Assembly: GCA_004431415.1 (NCBI GenBank)
Contig: QPMI01000024.1
Coordinates: 23,772-87,771 of the forward strand
Origin: Cyanophora paradoxa CCMP329
Taxonomy: Eukaryota > Plantae > Glaucophyta
Reading direction: 5' to 3'
Length of the DNA stretch: 64,000 bases
The first letter of the stretch is position 1; every line of letters begins with the position of its first letter. Both the position numbers and the translations under genes were made by a program. Below are positions 57,097-64,000 of the stretch, piece after piece. The notes under the pieces are model-generated. The model saw only the letters and a program-made list of their open reading frames with translations, was not told the origin of the DNA and did no database searches.

Positions 57097-60000
57097 CTAC
57101 ACATAGATGCGATTCGGCCTTTTGCAATTGGTCGGCGGCACTCGGGCATTTGCATATTTGCTCTTGGCTGCTGTCGTCGAGGGGTTCCGACTGGAGGCCG
57201 GAGGTCGTGAATTCGAAGAATGTGGGAATGTGACTACGTCAAGCACGTACCGAATACTTCCACGTGAGGGATCACCTGGCTCAATGTCTAACAAAGCATA
57301 AAACCCAAAACGATATCTGTCACCAACCATCACTGGTCGAAGCTCGACGTTCGGTTTGCAGCTGTGATTCTGCAGCACTGGCCAGCCCCGGCTGCCATAT
57401 CCAGCAACCTGCACGCGCAGGCCTGTTCAAGCAAGTAGGAAGGGTACTTGTAATTGGAAGAAAGAACGGAATAACCAGTTGAGAAGATGTTTCAGTCGAA
57501 CATGCGTTGTGAGCCGCGTAGCTTTCGACCGGAACTTGCTCTGGACCTGTTGCATTTGTTCCCAGAAGCTCTCCCAAAACATGCCTGCTCGTATTCTGGG
57601 GCCCACTTCGGGTTCCGGATGCCAACACCACAGTCATTCTGCTCGTCGAAAACTTCCACGGAAATACTTGAAGACTGACCACGATCTTGAAGTTCGATTT
57701 CCGCAATCGTAGTGCCATAAGAGCAGTTGAAAGGAGTGCACTGGTATTCGGAAACAATGTTGTGGCAAGCAGGAGAATCGCGGCAAAGAAGCAGACGTGA
57801 CCCCGTGGCCCCGAAGCAGACGCAGCAATCATGGCTCAGTTGTTCTCTCACTGCCGCGCGGAACAGCGCGGTCAAAATCGAACAGCGCTAGAACAACGCT
57901 CACGAACCGGCTTTTGGAATATGTGGAAACTGGAAGTTAGAATTGTAAGCCTTGATAACCTCATTCATCCGCTTTTTTGCCAGCTCCGATCCATCATGTG
58001 AAATTCGGGCCTGGTTTGGAGGCGAGTATGATAAAGTTTCTGAACGTGTTCCAGGATGTGCGGAGAGGACTCAATTCTGGAGTTCTGAGCTCGGACTTCC
58101 GAGATGTACCTGCAAACGAGCACATGAAAGGAAGAATACGAAGCTGAACCTCCGAACCTGAGTTCAAGTTCTTTGATGTGCTCTTCAGGGAAGCCGTGAT
58201 ATCGTGATTGATGAAACGCGCCATAAGGTGCAGAGTAAGTTTCTCCTTGAATTCTTCGAGAGAAATCGGATACGTGTACGAAGCCTGCTTCTCGTATTCT
58301 TCTCATGCAGCTGCCCTGTTGGGTACCACATCTGCAACGTCGGAGGCCTAACGGCGCCAGACGCGTCGAGAATGTCGTTCAGACATTCAGACAACTGGAG
58401 TAAGAAGTCGCCTGCATGGACTCCGCACTGCCGTTAAGCCTTCAGTACCGGTAAATTTCAGCAATGCGAGCAATTGAAATGCCGACGACAATGTGAACGC
58501 GTCCTGAGCAGTTGACGTGGAGCAGGGAATAAATCGATTCGACAGACACGGTCCTCAAGTCGTGTTTCCGGCAACCAGCGGTCACATCCTCGCATGCTCG
58601 AAAGCATCTCACCAGCGATGACAGCCGAGTTTTGAAAGTAGGTCCCAAGAGAATCGTAAAAAACCATTCCCGGCCCATCCGAGAAACTCAAAAGCACGTG
58701 AGCAGTCCTTTGCGATGAAAAAATAAGCGAAACGATATTGTTATACGTTAAAAGAAATAGATTACCAGTGGAATGCCTCTTCCAATACGAAGGCGACCCG
58801 GGCGCTGTTTGCGGTGCCGTTCCAGAGATGCAATCTTGGAGACAATGCTCTCAACGACATTTCCATGGAATTCTAGGGTCGGATTCCAAGTTGACGCATC
58901 AACTGTTTCGCACCAACAATCTCCAAAACTGTTTATAATTATGCTCGAAATTAGGCAATGGAAGACTTTGAGATGATCATTACGCACAATTCTGCATGTG
59001 GATGTCATTGAAAGGTCACCAGCGTGTGCTCTGGAAGAAAAGCGAAGCCTCCGTGAATTCCGGCAACTCCGGCACGTCAGCAAGCGGACGCTCAAGTCGT
59101 TCTGGTTCGAGGCGAAACACGTGAAATGCGTCCACGTTGTACGTTGAGTACAATCCTTGAGGGACAGTTCGTGGCCGAAGCCTTGCCTGCCTTGAAACTG
59201 AATCTGAATTCCCGTCGATCACCTTGTTGGCGCAGCTGAGAATTCCAGGTAATTGAAACGACCAAGAAGTCTGCAGTGATGCACATCGCGTTCCGACCAT
59301 GGATGATGGAAAGTATCTTTTGGAAAAACAGGATGTCAAAACAGCTTTGCTTAGAGTAAAAAAGACAGCAACTTGGACCCACCAGGAAGCCCGAGGCGCA
59401 CTGAACGCAAGACGGACGAAGATTGATTCGCGAATATCGTGTTCCATCACTTGATCACTAATAACAGCGTGCGTAATTCTGCATTCATCACATTAAACAG
59501 AGAAGTAGTGGAATCCATATGTAAGAAAAAAGGGAGCTCACCCCAGACTTCCGAAGTCGGCAAGCCCGGCTTCGCCGATAACCAGCTCTGTGCGTTGTGT
59601 ATACGCCTCGAGCAACGCAATCACTTCTGGGAATTCGCTGAACATAACGGATCGGCACTGATGAAGAAAGGATATCTGAAGTTTTTTGAAGCTTGCGAGA
59701 AACATCTGCAAGATTTCGAATCCGACGAGTTTCTTCAGACGAAATGGAAGCTGCCTCTCCATGAGAGCAAATATGAGGCTGAGCTGCCTCAGAACGCCAC
59801 CTGAACCTGCTCCTATGTCCGCAATCACAACCTCTGGCGAGTCCAGCTCCAAAGTCGAGTTCCCTTCCGGCAAGACCCCCCGGAAATGAACTCTGCTATC
59901 GTTTTGATGTCAACGAGGCGAGCTCGCCATAATTCAAAGATCGAGAGAGCGATCCAATGGATGAGGCTTTCATGTTGTCTTGTTTCTTCAGAATGCTGGG

Positions 60001-60133
60001 CAGACTCTCTTCCGGATATGAAAACGCATATCGTACACCGCTCCAGCTTCATCCGCATAGCGACCATTTGTGACAACCTCAGCGCGAGTTGCCAGCGCCG
60101 TGGAAAGTTGTCACATCGACTGAATTCAATCAT
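57097..60133 (-). CDS. Multi-exon gene region: DOT1-like methyltransferase, Ulp1/C48 peptidase, AWS-SET-postSET (5' exons may extend to ~62.6 kb)
   Basis: NYGEL (~59930), IADIGAGSGG..LVGFEI (59540-59830); GIPL..HVLL..FYDSLG..PRQ..CGVH (58400-58780); Cys-rich AWS-like CHN..QCTPFNC..CGN, GVGIR, NHSCKPN..FYALLDIEPG, post-SET CKC (57100-57840). Confidence 0.72.
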
Positions 60134-63100
60134 GCCACGGGAGCAAGAAACGACAAGCGGGGCGACTTGTTTTCTCGCTTCTTGCGCTTCACTGGCTTGT
60201 CGCTTCGAATCACTCAGAATTAAAAAACCAGAAACATTTAAGACGCTCGAACCGACAACGGAGCTGAAGCTAAAGATTGGAGGACTCTCGCTGCAGCCTG
60301 ACGCTGCACGCTGCTGGCCGTGGTGCGCGATGCACTGGAGTCAACAGATGCGTCTGAGGAATTGGGATCGTCGTTCGCGCCGTATGGCTTCTGGCTGAAG
60401 TCTATTGCTGAGTCGTTTCCGGTGAACGCGTTCTTTTAATTCCCTGGCAGCTCTGGTCCGAAATCAACGCTGACACGCGGGTATCAGTTCAGAGATGGAA
60501 ACATGAGCCATGATTCATGCATATGCTCACCGGGTATATTCTGGTAAGTAGCCCAAATTTGATGCGTGTTCGGAAGTCGACCAGACGTGTGCGAGCGGAA
60601 GGGTCCTTCAATTCTTGATAGCGTACCGGTACCACACACCTCCAGTTGCTCAACTGTGGATGCGTTTTAGGCCGATCCGTACTGGCTGCTGCGGTAGGTC
60701 GCTGCGCATGCTCTTCCGGCGCCGTTTGCGGTGACGGCCGATGTGCAGCTAAAGGGCGTGGGACTCATGATCATGATCACGATTCTCATGGCAGGTTGGC
60801 GAATTCCGTGCCGGAGAGCTGTTGGAAGAACTGCTTCGCCTGGAAGCTGCAGCTGCTCTTCCGCCTGGAATAAGCGCTCGCTTTCGGACTCATCGCTCGC
60901 TGACTGTCACCGTACGAAAAATCGTCTTGGTACGATCAAGAGACCGCAAGTGAAGTTTACGAAGTTCCTCGAATCGCCAGGAGTCTGATCTTCAGAGCTA
61001 GAAGCCAGTCGCTGGCGACCGTCTCGGCATACTTCAATAGGCACGCGAGCTCGATGTCGAAAGCTTCTTTACCCAATCCAGAAGTTCGGCGGGTTTGCCG
61101 GATGGCCGACATTCACAGAAGGAAATTCGCGTTTTCCAGCATATCGAGAACGACATTGGCGGCTTCAGCAGTGATGTCTGATATGACCTGCAAAGATGAT
61201 GGGATGACAACAGGTGTGCAGAGAAGGTTGAAGATTACCTTCCTGTGGAGGGCGTCGTCTGTTTCACACCGAAGGATGCGAAGAAATCTGTTGGCAGCTG
61301 AGGAGCATCGTCGTCGCCGTCACTCGATGAGCTGAGCTCGAGAAGCGTACGGTGCTGCATTCGATTAAAAGCGCGGATGAAGCCGAGCACACGGCAGATG
61401 CAGCTTTTCTTTCGCACATGAGAGCGGTGGAGAGAATGCCTGTTTCCTCGAGCTGCTGCCCGAACCAAGACTGGCGGCGTCCTCGGAGAACGCGGTGCGA
61501 CGGAGGGCTGCGAGGATAAGAAGAAGCCCGCACAGTCAAGTTTTAGAATGGCCGCTCACTCTCAGATGGTCAGATTCACGTGAAGGACTTGGGGGTCCCA
61601 ATGCTGCGCGAAGCTCAGATCTAGATTGCTGGAGGACGCTCAAATCGCTGGTTTCTAGAACGGACGAGCTCGTGGCACAACTGGGCCGGAGGGCAGAAGG
61701 TGTGCGCGATCTGGAGCCGGAGGCGGGGGAGCCGGATAGCGGGGGAGCCGGATATAAGAAGCAATAAGAAGTAAGAGTAGAGTAAGAAGCTGTAAGTAAG
61801 AAGCTGCGTAGAAAGAAGCTCATTGAAGGGAAGAAGCTTTTGAAGTAAAGAAGCTCTAGACACAGCAATTGCAAGCAGGCAGCCAACAGTGCAGGACGAG
61901 CTCGTACGGCACTGCGATGGAAGCTCAGATTTCAAAGCGAAGTATGGCGTGAGGTTGCCTTGAGTAGAAAGGCTTCCGCTCTGGTTTGGTCTGTACATGT
62001 GGCACGCGTGTGTGAAGGCGTGCATGCGTATCACATGTACATGACGTACGCGGCCGGTACGCGCGGCCTGACTGGATCTTGCAGCTCCATTGTTGAGGAC
62101 TTCTCGAACCGTCGGGAGCACCTGGGATCATGCGGAGCCGGCGAGCAGTGCGCTTGGGCTTCTTGTAGGTTTCGAGCGGGCGTCGGTGGGGCAGTTCATG
62201 TTCTTTTGGGAAAGCGCAAGACCAGAGCGATCGGTTCAGGAGCTGCACATGCGCTTCTGGAACAAACCTCTCATTCGAACTCTGGAAGGCGCCCAAGCGC
62301 GTTGGAGAGGTCAGAGATGTGGGCATGCGCACAGCCGCATGCGCTACGCTGCTAGTTGCGATAGAAGCGGCGGGGAGCTGCCGGCGCGAGAGAGCAGGCC
62401 GGCGCCGAGAGAGCTGCGGGTGGTTGTGTAGGCAGCTCTGTTCTTGTGTACGGACCTGTTTTGTCTAGCATTCTGTTTAACCGTCTTGACGACGTCGACG
62501 GGCGAAATCTGTCCCCTTGCGCGCCGTGCCTCGGCGTGGCACCGTAGCGCAGCGGCTGCCTTTGGCGGCGCGATGAACAGCTTCAGAGAGCTTTTTTGAC
62601 TCTGACTGCTTGAGTCGTCACTGCATGGTATTTTTTAGCTTTTCCCGGGAACGCGATACGGAATGCAAAGAGTGGGGGATGATTGCTGCGTTTTGCGGTG
62701 CGCAGAGCCCTGCCCAGATATGCGGCGATGGATACGACGGTATGTAAACGCAAGAACGACGTGCAAACAGATCTAGACTGCATACGCAGAACCACATGCT
62801 GCCCTTCTTGAATACAGGCATCGAAGTCGACTATGGCGCCTTGTCGCGCGTCAGCGCATCAATGCTCGCTTAGGTAACAGGCGCAGCAGAGCTGAGCAGT
62901 GAGTTTGGCGTTCTTACTCGTTCTTACTCGCAGAGCAATCATCGAACGGCCCGTGAACTTCGTGCCAACAAGCAAGTGTGCTTTTTCTGATAGGTAGTTC
63001 AGTTCCGGTCGTCCTCTAGCTTTGCGTGCTTTCCGGTGGAATGCGCGGCGTTGCTTCATCGCTGCTGCCGGCTCTGTGTCTGAAGCTGTCGATCTTTCTG

Positions 63101-63499
63101 ATCTGGCAGGGCGTGTGCGACTGCAGCGGAGAGTCGAGAGGTCGAATCTGATTTACGTGTACATGATATGATTGCAATTCGCACATGCACGTCCAGATGG
63201 CGCGGATCATTCAGTGTGGATCAATCGAAAGAGCGACGTATTCAACTGGTCTCTTCTTTTCAGTAGATTTCGCGTTTCTTCGCCAAGGCCGGTGGCTCTG
63301 GATTCACATGGAGTCGGTTCATCGAAGCAGAGATAGCGATTGTGCTGGGCTTGGGATCTTCGTCATTGTAGTGCTCTCGCAGTTGAAGATGTGTCTCCGT
63401 CCGAATGTAGTAGTAGTGTTATGCTTGGGTGAAATGATTGATTCTTTTTCAGGTTTATTTCGTGTCTTTCGGATCTATGGGGATAGGGTCGTCTTCTAT

Positions 63500-64000
63500 G
63501 GTGCATGATAACTGGCCATCTTCAGAATTGCAAGAATCTCGCGATGTACCTTTCTCTATCGGTCTGTCACATTACAATGTAGTTCAATCTGTAGCATACA
63601 ATCATGTTTGGCGCACAGTGGACATCATTCTCACCGAAGGACATCGATGATAAACTGAGTCAGCTCTGCGACGGTTTCAAGTTTGTGACGCTCTCGCATG
63701 CGGGGAGCGCGTCTGATCTGGAGTCAGTCGTCAATGAGATAGCGTGCCTGGTACGCAGTCAATTCTCTTGTGCAATTGTGGATCCGTTTCTTCTGATTTC
63801 GTCACCAGCTTGCACGCACTGCAAAGCTAAAATGCCCTTTGGGGGCGTATGTGTGACTAAAGGCTGCTGGGGAACGTCAAGGGGCGCTCTCGGGCCGAAT
63901 GTTCGAAAATCGAAGGCGGTCGCCAGCACCAGCAAATGCCATCAATGGACGGTAGACTGTGTTAACCTTTATTTGTCCGTCGACTTCAACTCTTGACCGA
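63500..64000 (+). CDS. Possible partial intron-containing gene, unknown
   Basis: Protein-like ORF pieces including CTHC..CVTKGC; no domain recognised. Confidence 0.25.

Larger units (their letters stand above)
44268..64000 (+). mobile_element. Large CACTA/EnSpm-superfamily DNA transposon (right end not seen; extent inferred)
   Basis: Starts CACTG at an abrupt composition change, followed by subterminal repeats; internal Tnp2-like transposase. Confidence 0.7.

Overview
Eukaryotic (protist/algal-type) genomic DNA with short, dense introns, dominated by mobile elements. 1-~6.1 kb is a compact, intronless, virus-like block (FN3 proteins, two tandem paralogues of unknown function, an HNH endonuclease, three (TGGGACT)n arrays); it is probably the edge of an endogenous DNA virus or Polinton-like element, but no hallmark capsid or polymerase gene is in view. 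6.3-10.8 kb holds a hAT-type MITE and two 5'-truncated LINE copies. 11.8-25.2 kb is an intron-rich polycystin (PKD2/TRPP-like) channel gene with a 4.56 kb internal tandem duplication joined in frame by a 190 bp filler. 25.9-32.4 kb is an L1/Tx1-type LINE (APE-RT-zinc finger, poly-A, 7 bp TSD). 35.1-44.3 kb is a 3086 aa intronless Gag-like ORF with two CCHC knuckles, apparently cut by a CACTA/EnSpm element starting at 44268. That element (probably >19.7 kb, right end not seen) has an intron-containing Tnp2-type transposase. Convergent with it is a gene region reading as DOT1-like methyltransferase + Ulp1 protease + AWS-SET, the most striking item here. Many frameshifts fall in homopolymers and probably reflect long-read consensus errors. 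All domain calls are from motif reading by eye; no searches were run.
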